Of a DNA stretch of 49,792 nt, positions 27,401 through 36,000 are shown one piece after another. The DNA lies in NCBI GenBank assembly GCA_016930215.1, contig JAFGHH010000387.1, positions 1 through 49,792 on the forward strand. Reading direction: 5' to 3'. The DNA comes from Deltaproteobacteria bacterium. Its GTDB lineage: Bacteria; Myxococcota_A; Polyangia; DRWM01; JAAZOP01. How positions within the stretch are numbered: the first letter of the stretch is position 1; every line of letters starts with the position of its first letter. The notes under the pieces were generated by a model. The model saw nothing but the letters and a program-made list of their open reading frames with translations. It was not told the origin of the DNA and ran no database searches. The position numbers and the translations under genes were made by a program.

Positions 27401-27559
27401 CCCTTCGATCCCGCCGACCGATTCGGGCTCGACGCCCTCCACGGCGACGTCGACGACGACGCGCCCGAGCAACTCCTCACCGGGCGGCGGCGGGACCTGC
27501 GTCGGCAGGGTCGCGGCAGACACGGCGAAAGCCAGCAACATGGCGCCCACGATGGGCAC
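24428..27559 (-). CDS. Large multi-POTRA Omp85 (BamA/TamA-family) protein
   Basis: Many POTRA repeats (Y...GY..A.V, V.EG...), YRNLFG, DDPFNPTRG, FYLGGSETIRGF, GELRVPV, GLRIQTPVGP, and a C-terminal HFSIGGF. Confidence 0.9.
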   Translation of the reverse strand: MPIVGAMLLAFAVSAATLPTQVPPPPGEELLGRVVVDVAVEGVEPESVGGIEGLDGEPLTRALVQRLIDALWATDRYCDVRVYAQAVAGGVQLVVRLDERRRIRALDAVGNDHLDLHELRRVAGFVPDAEEHPDLLEEMRGRIETAYATHGYPNATVTFHSEEAGEPGRVLLVAEVTEGEPIRIAVVRLAGALLYPEPLLRSIVDIDPGDPWDQPELTRAAARLAEFYRAEGYLLVVVDEPTAEPRDAGRVDVTVTADPGLPVRVVFGGQAHVAPAKLAELAAIDETFDFSPTAVGDAAERIAAYYRTLGFPDAEVSFDVVTARPAEPPPRTPFEEPAAWSAGLATLDPFGDWRGTGRAAPADDMVWFLRFRVHEGTRLGVARIAWDGVTAFETSELDAMVEENVAVAMDRGGSLFESPRPGELGVLGLSGEGWLEDRRAAAPFLADWGPERVFLEQSYRDAAVRVEERYRSEGFLDAHVTALAATRDAAGVVTPRFHVEEGVQSMLAGIAVTGAAEVLEEDVRDVFLLEEGDPVNELLVEETRQAILDLYADRGHLFAQVERQVAFSADRSAVSLTFAVVEGPQVRVAAIEVTGNADTATSLILGSLAFAEGDVFSPDLAQESERRLLRLGIFQGVTISTVAPEVVEAQKTIAVQVREHRPQALELRAGFSTAEGARAALSYGYRNLFGYAIGFNLRLKLNYRLFFLEDDASHSFETTYHALSLQDQLERLLVASLSVPYLPGLRSLVGLQLDLANERKNRPSYGADLSSVFLGVSTGWRKLLSLLVQGGIEYNNLMRFEGDFELCSSTSTIVGCIRPDDLRRLRTPQGTSTFAVVRAAAGIDWRDDPFNPTRGVYFVANAEWVRSFDPVFDASTGVSSFSHLIKTSFQLSGYAPLGAGLVLALAARYGQVFQLERGSRTFPDRYFYLGGSETIRGFPQESLSVADAPSEFPTAGGDLFLIFRGELRVPVGDTFGLAIFSDIGNVWRDPGNLDFTVLRYTAGLGLRIQTPVGPLAFDYGFNLLPRDDWGEGFGALHFSIGGF

Positions 27560-27633
27560 TCTCGACGCTCCGCGCGGCGGATGTCAACTGTGCGGCAGGG
27601 CAGGGCGGGGGTCGGGTCCGGCCCGGACGGCGG

Positions 27634-30600
27634 TCAGCGGCGACGACGGCGGAGGATCAGCAGGCCGAGCGCGGCGAGCAGGCCGGCCCACCGGATGTCG
27701 TCCGGCGAGCCGCCCGCCGCTCGGCAGCCGCAACCGCCGTCGTCCGCCGGCGGGAAGACGGCGCCGTCCGCACCGTCCTCGACACCGTCCTCGACGGTGT
27801 CGGCGAGGTCGTCAACGCCGATGCCGTCCTCCTCGACGGCATCGGCATCGGCGTCGGCATCGGCGTCGGCGTCGGCATCGGCCGACTCGGGCACGCAGGC
27901 GTCGCCGTCGCAGACGTAGCCGTCCGCGCAGTCCACGTCGTCGCCGCAGGAATCGAGGCAGGCGTCGGGGCCGCAGACGTACGGCGCGCAGTCGACCGGG
28001 TCCGGGATCGCGCAGTCGCCCAGGCCGTTGCAGACGCCGGCGGCGACCGCGGCCCCCGCGTCGCACGAGGGTTCGGAGCAGACCGTCGTCTCGTCCGGGA
28101 AGCTGCAGGCGTCGGTCGTGGTGCCGTCGCAGCTCGCGGCGCAGTCGCCGGTGCCGGCGCAGGCGTCTCGTCCGCCGTGCGGGTCGCCGGTGACGGGACC
28201 GCAGGTCCCTTCGGCGTCGGTCAGGTCGCAGGCCTCGCACTGGCCGTCGCAGGCCCCGTCGCAGCAGTAGCCATCGACGCAGAAGCCGCCGGCGCACTGG
28301 CCGTCGCCGGCGCAGGCCTCGCCGACGTCGAGCCGGGCCACGCAGATGCCGCCGGAGCAGTAGCTGGCGTCGTCACAGTCCTCATCGACGGTGCAGTCGC
28401 CTCCGCACAGGTCGCCCTCGCAGGCGTACGGGCTGCAATCCTGGGTCTGCTCGGCGGGGCAGGCGCCGTCGCCCTGGCAGAACGCCGCGAGGATTGCCAC
28501 GTCGGCGGTGCAGGAGGCGGCCCGACACTCCACGGTGTCGCCCGGGTAGGCGCAGCCGGTCGGGTCGGTGCCGTCGCAGGCGCCGTCGCAGGCCGAGCCG
28601 TCGGCGGCGCAGGCGGTGCGGCTGCCGTGCGGCGTGCCGGTCACCGGGCTGCAGGTGCCGCGGGCGCCGGAGACGTCGCACGCCTCGCACTGCCGGTCGC
28701 AGTCGGTGTTGCAGCACACGCCGTCGACGCAGTGCCCGGAGCTGCACGCCGCGTCGGCGGTGCAGGGCGTCCCGAGATCGCCGCGCGGAACGCAGGCGCC
28801 GGCATCGCACCAGTTGGCAGCGGTGCAGTCGGCGTCGGTGCCGCAGGCGTCGAGGCAGGCGTCGGCGCCGCAGACGTACGGGTCGCACGCGGTGATCACC
28901 GCCGCAGGGCAGAGGGCCGAGCTGCCGGTGCAGTCGGCGGCCGCGGTGGCCTGGCCGCTCGCACAGCTCGCGGTCCGGCAGTCGGTGCCGGAAGCGGCGA
29001 ACCCGTCCGTCGGGCAAGCGACGGCGGAGCCGGTGCAGTTCTCGGCGACGTCGCAGACGTCGATTGCGGCGCGGCAGACCGTCACGCTCGAGGCGAGAAC
29101 ATCGGCGGGGCAGTCGGTCGCGGTGCCGCTGCAGATCTCGGCGAGGTCGCAGACGTCGGCGGCGGCGCGGCAGGTGTAGCCGGCCGTTCGCAGGACGTCG
29201 GAGGGACAGGTCGTGGTCGCGCCGGAACAGGATTCCGGGAGGTCGCAGTCTCCGGCCGCGGTGCGGCACTCGTAGGAGGCGGGCCGGAAGACGTTGGTCG
29301 GGCAGGCGGCGGCGGAGCCGGTGCAGGTTTCGGCGACGTCGCAATCGCCCGCGGCGGCGCGGCACTCGTAGGACGAGGAGCGGAAGACGTTGGCCGGGCA
29401 GGCGGCGGCGGAGCCGGTGCAGGATTCGGCGAGGTCGCAGTCGCCCGCGGCGGCCCGACACTCGTAGGACGAGGAGCGGAAGACGTTGGTCGGGCAGGCG
29501 GCGGTGGAGCCGGTGCAGGATTCGGCGAGGTCGCAGTCGCCCGCGGCGGTCCGGCACTCGTAGGAGGCGGGTCGGAAGACGTTGGTCGGGCAGGTGGCGG
29601 CGGAGCCGGTGCAGGATTCGGCGAGGTCGCAGTCTCCGGCGGCGGCCCGGCACTCGTAGGAGGCGGGCCGGAAGACGTTGGCCGGGCAGGTGGCGGCGGA
29701 GCCGGTGCAGGATTCCGCCAGGTCGCAGTCTCCCGTGGCGGCGCGGCACTCGTAGGACGAGGAGCGGAAGACGTTGGTCGGGCAGGCGGCGGCGGAGCCG
29801 GTGCAGGATTCCGCCAGGTCGCAGTCTCCGGCGGCGGCGCGGCACTCGTAGGAGGCCGGGCGGAAGGTGTCGGCGGGGCAGGACATCGAAGTCGAGACGC
29901 AGGCTTCGGCGAGGTCGCAGTCGCCTGCTGCGGCGCGACAGGTGACCGTGGGGGCCACGGCGGAGCTCAGGGCGGTGCACGTGCCGTCGGCGGTGCCGCC
30001 GGCGAGGAGGCTGCAGGCCTGGCAGTCGTCGGTCGCGGAGCCGCCGCAGGCCGAGTTGCAGCACACACCGTCGGTGCAGAAGCCCGAGCCGCACTGGGCG
30101 TCGTCGGTGCACGGAGTGCCGTTGGTCCCCCAGACGGCGCCGGGCGTGATCTCGGCCGCCGGATGGTAGTAGAAGTCCACGGTGCAGTCGTTCGAGTCCT
30201 CCCGCGGCTGCGGGCGCTCGATGGAGCGGGACTGGGCCGGGGCGCCGCGGTAGGTGGTGCCCGGATAGGGCGTGGTCGGGCTGCCCCAACCCGCGACATC
30301 GATGACCGTGAAGAACGGGTCGAGCAGCAGCAGTTCGTCGTTGCCGTTGCCGAGGTTGATGCCCGTAACGCCGCCGGTCGCCCAGACCGGCACGGCGACG
30401 AGGTTCGGGACGGTCACGGAGCCGGCGGCCAGCTCGAAGTCGGGCGCCGGGTGCGTCGGGAACTCGCCGGCATAGGTGCCGGAGTTGTTTGCAATCAGCA
30501 CGACGTCGGCGGCGGCCATGACGGCGCCGGCCGGGAAGGCGCCGGCGCCTTCCCCCTGGTCGACGGTCTCCTCGTCGGAGATCGCGAACGCCAGCGAGCC

Positions 30601-31509
30601 GGCGGCGAGCGGCAAGACGACGCCGGTACGGTTGTAGAGTTCGTACCATTCGGCCCCGGGCTCGGTGACGGCGTCGGACAGCACCTCGTTGACCACGAGC
30701 GGAGGCGAGGGCTCGGTGTCGGGGTCGAGGTGGAACCAGAGCTGGAAATGGTAGTCGACCACTCCGTCCGAAACCTCGGCCCAGGTGTTCGAGGTGAGGC
30801 CGGGGTTGGCGTAGTTGGTGACGGCGTCCAGCGCGTCGCTGCTCGGCTCGACGGAGGACGGCGGGTCCCAGGCGTCGTCCGCGGTGTTGCTGCGCAGGGC
30901 GATCACGGTGAGCTGGACCGGGACCGAGGGGGCGCCGCCGAGGGAGGTCCAGGGGATCGCGAGCTCGATCACCTCGTTGACCGCCGAGATCGCCTGGAAG
31001 CCCGACATCATGCCGGTCCAGGAGGCGTCGTAGACCATCGGAGCGATGCTGCCCGAACCGAAGCGGGTGACGATCAAGTGTTCCCACGCCGCCTCGGCCG
31101 TCGTCTGGGTTTCGGAGTTCCCGCCGAACCACCGCTGGCCGCTGCCCGGGGTGTAGTCCCGGTCGAAGGCGACCTGGAGTTGCGGCGCGCCGTCGCCCGT
31201 CTCGACATCGATGTCCGTCATGCGCGCCAGCACGTACAGGTTGACCCGGTCGGCGGTGACCCGGAGCTCGCGCAGATCGACCCGACCGTCGGGGCCGGCG
31301 AAGTCGGTGCGTTCGTCGCCCTGGGCGTCGGTCCAGACGTACTCACCCTGAAGCACCACGTTGCGGCCGAGGTGGCCGGTGTTGACGTTGGTGGGACGGG
31401 CCATCGTCCAGTCGGCCGGGTCGCCGTCGGCGGTGACGACGTGGGCCGCGGCAAGGTTCGTCCCGGCGAGCAGCGTCGCGAACAGAACGACGACGAGACA
31501 GCGGTGCAT
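27634..31509 (-). CDS. Large surface protein (1291 aa): DOMON/CBM9-like N-domain, lamin-tail-like domain, disintegrin-like and other Cys-rich repeats, MYXO-CTERM tail
   Basis: ATG at 31509 with a GAGGAGG RBS; signal peptide; ADGDPADW...DLRELRVT...LYV; VVNEVL..AEWYELYN; C-terminal GGCGCRAAG...LLAALGLLILRRRRR. Confidence 0.8.
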   Translation of the reverse strand: MHRCLVVVLFATLLAGTNLAAAHVVTADGDPADWTMARPTNVNTGHLGRNVVLQGEYVWTDAQGDERTDFAGPDGRVDLRELRVTADRVNLYVLARMTDIDVETGDGAPQLQVAFDRDYTPGSGQRWFGGNSETQTTAEAAWEHLIVTRFGSGSIAPMVYDASWTGMMSGFQAISAVNEVIELAIPWTSLGGAPSVPVQLTVIALRSNTADDAWDPPSSVEPSSDALDAVTNYANPGLTSNTWAEVSDGVVDYHFQLWFHLDPDTEPSPPLVVNEVLSDAVTEPGAEWYELYNRTGVVLPLAAGSLAFAISDEETVDQGEGAGAFPAGAVMAAADVVLIANNSGTYAGEFPTHPAPDFELAAGSVTVPNLVAVPVWATGGVTGINLGNGNDELLLLDPFFTVIDVAGWGSPTTPYPGTTYRGAPAQSRSIERPQPREDSNDCTVDFYYHPAAEITPGAVWGTNGTPCTDDAQCGSGFCTDGVCCNSACGGSATDDCQACSLLAGGTADGTCTALSSAVAPTVTCRAAAGDCDLAEACVSTSMSCPADTFRPASYECRAAAGDCDLAESCTGSAAACPTNVFRSSSYECRAATGDCDLAESCTGSAATCPANVFRPASYECRAAAGDCDLAESCTGSAATCPTNVFRPASYECRTAAGDCDLAESCTGSTAACPTNVFRSSSYECRAAAGDCDLAESCTGSAAACPANVFRSSSYECRAAAGDCDVAETCTGSAAACPTNVFRPASYECRTAAGDCDLPESCSGATTTCPSDVLRTAGYTCRAAADVCDLAEICSGTATDCPADVLASSVTVCRAAIDVCDVAENCTGSAVACPTDGFAASGTDCRTASCASGQATAAADCTGSSALCPAAVITACDPYVCGADACLDACGTDADCTAANWCDAGACVPRGDLGTPCTADAACSSGHCVDGVCCNTDCDRQCEACDVSGARGTCSPVTGTPHGSRTACAADGSACDGACDGTDPTGCAYPGDTVECRAASCTADVAILAAFCQGDGACPAEQTQDCSPYACEGDLCGGDCTVDEDCDDASYCSGGICVARLDVGEACAGDGQCAGGFCVDGYCCDGACDGQCEACDLTDAEGTCGPVTGDPHGGRDACAGTGDCAASCDGTTTDACSFPDETTVCSEPSCDAGAAVAAGVCNGLGDCAIPDPVDCAPYVCGPDACLDSCGDDVDCADGYVCDGDACVPESADADADADADADADAVEEDGIGVDDLADTVEDGVEDGADGAVFPPADDGGCGCRAAGGSPDDIRWAGLLAALGLLILRRRRR
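28900..29945 (-). repeat. Tandem 96-bp (32-aa) disintegrin-like repeats: 7 near-identical plus ~4 diverged copies
   Basis: CACTCGTA recurs at 29267, 29363, 29459, 29555, 29651, 29747 and 29843; unit YECRAAAGDCDLAESCTGSAAACPTNVFRSSS. Confidence 0.9.
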
Positions 31510-31709
31510 GGGTCCTCCTCCCGTGAGCCCGGCGGCAACCAGCCGAGCAGCGGCCTGCGGCGATCGGCTTCCCCTGCCGTCGGGCGCCCGCCGGGGCCAA
31601 CCTTGGCCCGCGGGGTGGTCCGGGTCAAGTGGAGACGAGCGGACGACCCGGCAGCGGACCGGCCCGTCTGGCGCGGTCGGCGAGGTCGTGCAGGCGGCCT
31701 TCGGCCGGG

Positions 31710-32840
31710 TCAGATGATGATCGTGCCGGGATCGACCGGGTCGGGCGACCACTGGAAGTTGTCGATGATCACGGTCGAGTCGTAGATCCCGTCGCCCTCG
31801 TCGTGGATCGAGAAGGTCAACGTGAACTCCTCGCCCGGCGCGATTTCCCAGGAGGTGCGCAACCAGCCGGTGGAGGAGCCGCAGACGGTACGCGAGAAGT
31901 CCTCGTTCGTGCACATCCCGTCGTAGCCCGTGCCGGCGATGTTCGTCACCGGCGGGTCCTCGAAGAACGCGTTGTCGATCTCGATCTCGTGGTCGCCCTC
32001 GTCGAACGAAATGTTCTGCCGCTCGCCCGTCGCCGGGCGGTCGATGATCGCGTAGAACGTGTCGTTGTACCCCTCGTCGACCCACTCCGGGTACTCGGTG
32101 CTGAGGTAGACGAAATCGAAGGAGAAACCCACCGCGTTGCGGGGTGCCCGGAAGTTCAGCACCAACTGGTGCGTGTCGCAGATCAGGGCGCCGTCCGAGC
32201 CGGAGGGCGACGGGTCGGCCTCATGCGCCTCCGTCTCGCAGGTGTTGAACAGGCCGCTCATGTAGTAGTCGGTACCGACCTGGCGACGCCCGTCCGGGCA
32301 GTACTCGGGATTGCACAAGGCGATGTCGAGCGGGGCGGTGCCGAGCAGGGTGTAGGCGCAGCCGAAGCGCGGGCCCAGGTCGTTGCCCGGGTCGCCGAAG
32401 CGGGTCAGCGTGCCCGCCCCGCTGCCGCAGCCCGGGGCGAAGCAGACTTCGTCCCACGAAACCAGGAAACGGCTGTCGCACAGGTCGAGCCCGTCGGGCA
32501 GGTTCGGGTCGGCGTGGCAGTCGCAGCTCTCGTCCTCGTCGACCGCGCCGTCGCAATCGTCGTCCCGCAGGTTCCCCGGCACCTCGAAGGCCGTGGGGTT
32601 GATCCGCGGCTCGGTGTCGTCGCAGTCGCCGGTGGCGGGCGAGTACCCGTCGAGGTCGAGGTCCAGCCCGAACATGTCGGGAGCCTCCACGACCTCCACG
32701 GGACCCGATCCGTCGTCCGCGGGCAACGTGCCCTCGTCGAGGACGTCGCGACCGTAGTCCGGAACCGTCGTCGAATCGTCGTTCGGGCTGCAGGCGACGG
32801 TCGCCAGTCCGACCAGCAGGCAGGCAAGCGCGCGGTTCAT
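31710..32840 (-). CDS. Lipoprotein with a Cys/Asp metal-binding (MopE-related) motif and a choice-of-anchor-L-like domain
   Basis: GGAGG RBS; lipobox TVAC; DLDGY....GDCDD....INP.AFEV.GN..DDDCDG.VDE; FDFVYLSTEYPEWV...YNDTF; I.DEGDGIYDSTV.ID. Confidence 0.7.
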   Translation of the reverse strand: MNRALACLLVGLATVACSPNDDSTTVPDYGRDVLDEGTLPADDGSGPVEVVEAPDMFGLDLDLDGYSPATGDCDDTEPRINPTAFEVPGNLRDDDCDGAVDEDESCDCHADPNLPDGLDLCDSRFLVSWDEVCFAPGCGSGAGTLTRFGDPGNDLGPRFGCAYTLLGTAPLDIALCNPEYCPDGRRQVGTDYYMSGLFNTCETEAHEADPSPSGSDGALICDTHQLVLNFRAPRNAVGFSFDFVYLSTEYPEWVDEGYNDTFYAIIDRPATGERQNISFDEGDHEIEIDNAFFEDPPVTNIAGTGYDGMCTNEDFSRTVCGSSTGWLRTSWEIAPGEEFTLTFSIHDEGDGIYDSTVIIDNFQWSPDPVDPGTIII

Positions 32841-33010
32841 GGTGACCTCCCGGGTCCTTCCGACCCGCCCCAAGAGTAGCGCAAAACGGCCCGCGATGGT
32901 TGCACGGCAGGAACCGGACGCCTACGCTGTGCCGCGAAGGGCGGTGACGGAGCGGAAACCGCGGTCGGTCGACACGACCCCCATCCGGTCTGCCGCCGGG
33001 AGGTTCGAAG

Positions 33011-36000
33011 ATGACGCACTGGTGCGGGACGGTGGGGATCGCAATCCTGTGCGCCGCGTGCAGCGGCCCGAGCGGGACCGATGCCGGCGACGGCGGGGAC
33101 ATCGACACGGCGGACGGACCGGACGCCGACACGGGCGACGACGGCGGCGAACCGGTGGTGCCCGAATGGGACGAGCCGGAGCGCTCGTACCGCGTGCGGG
33201 TCACGCTGCTTCCGCACCCGGACCGGGACCGGACCGACCTCCCGGTACTGGTCCCGCTGGCGCACGCGGAGGCGTATGTCGGTCGCGACGTGCGGGTCTA
33301 CGAGGTCACGGCCGGGAGATCGCCGGCGGCGGTGCCCGCGGGCGCCTGGACGCAGCCGGACGGACGGGAGGCGGAGGTCGGCTTCACGGCAGCCGGGACG
33401 ACCGCCGCGGGCGCCGTCCGCGACTTCCTCGTCTACTACGAGCCGAGCGTCGTGCCGCCGGCCTGGGAGTGGCGAACGGGCGGTTTCGGCGAGTTCCAGG
33501 AGCTGGACGGCGACGGCGACACGCGGATCGAAGCGTGGCTGCTGTCCGGCGGCGACTACCGTCTCCAACGGGCGCTCGATCCCGCCGACGGCAGCCTGCG
33601 CCGCGGCCGCCGCACCGCGGGCGACGCCTTCCTTGCGCACGAACCCGGCGACTGGCAAGCCGTCGAGGGTTTCTCCGACGGCTACCAGCTCGAGGACGCG
33701 ACCCACACCTGGGACCCGGCCGGCGTGGAAGACCTCGTGCCGACGACGACGGTCACCGACCGCGACCCGGCCAGCGCCGCCGTGTCCGCCGCCTGGACCG
33801 GCCGCACCGCACCGGTGCCGCACGACCTCGCTCTGGCCTACCGCGTCTTCCCCGCCTGGCCGTTCGTCGAGCGCGTGCTCTCCGCGGTGCCGCAGGACCC
33901 GGCGACGACCTTCTTCTTCTCCAGCAGCGACTGGAACGGCCGCCACCTGTACCTCGCCGACGACTACGACCGGATGGTCTCCGACACGCGGGGCGACGAG
34001 GCGCTGGAGAAGATCTGGGACACCGGGATGCGCTGGCTGGTGGTCTACGACTCGGCGAGCGACCGCGGCCTCGGCTGGTTCGTCTTCCACGCCGGCGTGA
34101 TCCGCGCCGAGGACACCACCGACGGGGTGACGATCTACGATTCGTACGGCTACAGCGCCGGCGGCGCACCCGTCTTCCGCTCGCTGTGGATGGCCGACCC
34201 GGACAAGGACCGGATCGTCGACCTGTTCGACGCGCTGGTGCCGGGGGTCCGCGTCTCGCCGCCCGAGTTCCGGGACCTCAACATCGTGGCGCCGCGGGCC
34301 GATGACTACCTGTTCCCGGGCGACGAGCTGTCGCTGACGGTCACGACGCCCGGGAACCCGGAACCGGCGACCGCCACGGCGATGCTCCCCGACGGCACCG
34401 AGCTGCCGCTCGAGTTGGAGCGCGGCACCTCGCCCCTCGTCTGGCGTTCCCGGACGCCGCTCCCGCTGACCGACGCGCATCCCGCCGGAAGCTGGGTGCT
34501 GACGGCGAGCAGCGCGGGCCTCGAGGCGCGGGTCACCGTGCAGTTCCGGCATCCGGAGCACCCCAAGCTGGTGTTCGACGCCTCCGAGTTGGCGGAGCTG
34601 CGGGCGCGCAGGGACCGGCCGGAATGGAGCGACGTCTGGGCCGAGATGCTGGACGAGGCGGAGGGCTACGACGACCCGATCCCGGACCCGGGGCCCGGCC
34701 GCGACATCCGCGGCTACGCCGACCGGCTGATGAACCTCGCGCTGATCCAGCTCATCGATCCGGCCCAGCCGTTCGACGAGCCGCTGTGGACCTACTTCTT
34801 CACGATGCTGCGCTACCCGAACTGGGACGAGGACGCGGCGGAGCCGTTCAACAACCTGGACCTGACCGTCGGCCACTTCCTCACCGCACTCGCGATCACC
34901 TACGACTGGCACTACGACCGGTTGACGCCGGCGGAACGGGCCGAGGTGCGGGCGCGGCTGCGCGGCGTCGCCGATCGCTGGTGCTCGACCTCGTGGATGC
35001 GCACCTACCGCGACATCGATTGGACCCACTTCGGCAGCGTCACGAACAACCACTACTGGATCAACCACGAGGGCGTCGCGGCGGCGGCGTTCGTGCTGGC
35101 CGACGAGATGCCCGAGGCCGAGCGGGCGGCGTGGGTGGCGCAGCTCGAGGAGAACCTGGCGATCATCCTCTCCGTGCTGGAGGACGACGGCACGAGCAAC
35201 GAGGGGGTGGCCTACCACAGCTACGGGCAGATCAACCTGTTCCGCTGGCTCGACTTCCGCGACCGGGCGCTGGGCGGCAACACCGCCACCGCCGTCCCGT
35301 GGTTCCGCGAGAGCGTGCTGTGGGACCTCTACTCGGTGCTGCCCGGCGGCGCCGACAACTACGGCGGCGTGGCCAACTTCGGCGACTGCCCGGTCTCGCA
35401 CTACAACTCGCCGCGCACGATCTCCGCCTGGCTCGCCCGGCGCCTCGGCGACGGCCGCGCCCAGTGGACCGCCGAGAACCTCGACAACCCGCGGCGCACC
35501 GCCTGGTCCTACCTGTGGTACGACCCGACCGTCGCCGTCGTCGAGCGCTCGACGCTGCCCACCTGGCGCTTCTTCCCGGACAAGGGAATCTGGGCCTGGC
35601 GCTCGTCGTGGGACGAGGACGCGACCTACCTGAGCCTCAAGTCGGGGTCGTACTTCGGCGGGCACGAGCAGCCGGACGCCGGCCACTTCATCCTGCACCG
35701 GGCCGGCGTGCCCTACGTCACCGACCACGGCTACTCGTACCTGAAGATGAGCGACGAGCACAACCTGCTGCTGGTCGACGGCGCGGGGCAGCACGGCGAA
35801 GGGACGCAGTGGATGGCCGGCCAGGATCCCACGGACTGGGCCCACGCCGAGGCGGTGCTCGGCGACGCCCGCTACTTCGACGTGTTGGCCGACCCGACGT
35901 CGATGATGCTGTCCGAGACGCTGACGAGCTGGCGTCGCGAGGTGGTCGGACTGGGATCGGACCTGTTCTTCGTCCACGACACGATGCAGGGCACCGCGGC

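Noticed and set aside
29250-29860. Regularly spaced near-identical repeats as a possible CRISPR array
   Set aside because: The whole 96-bp unit repeats with no unique spacers, it is in frame within a protein, and no cas genes are present.
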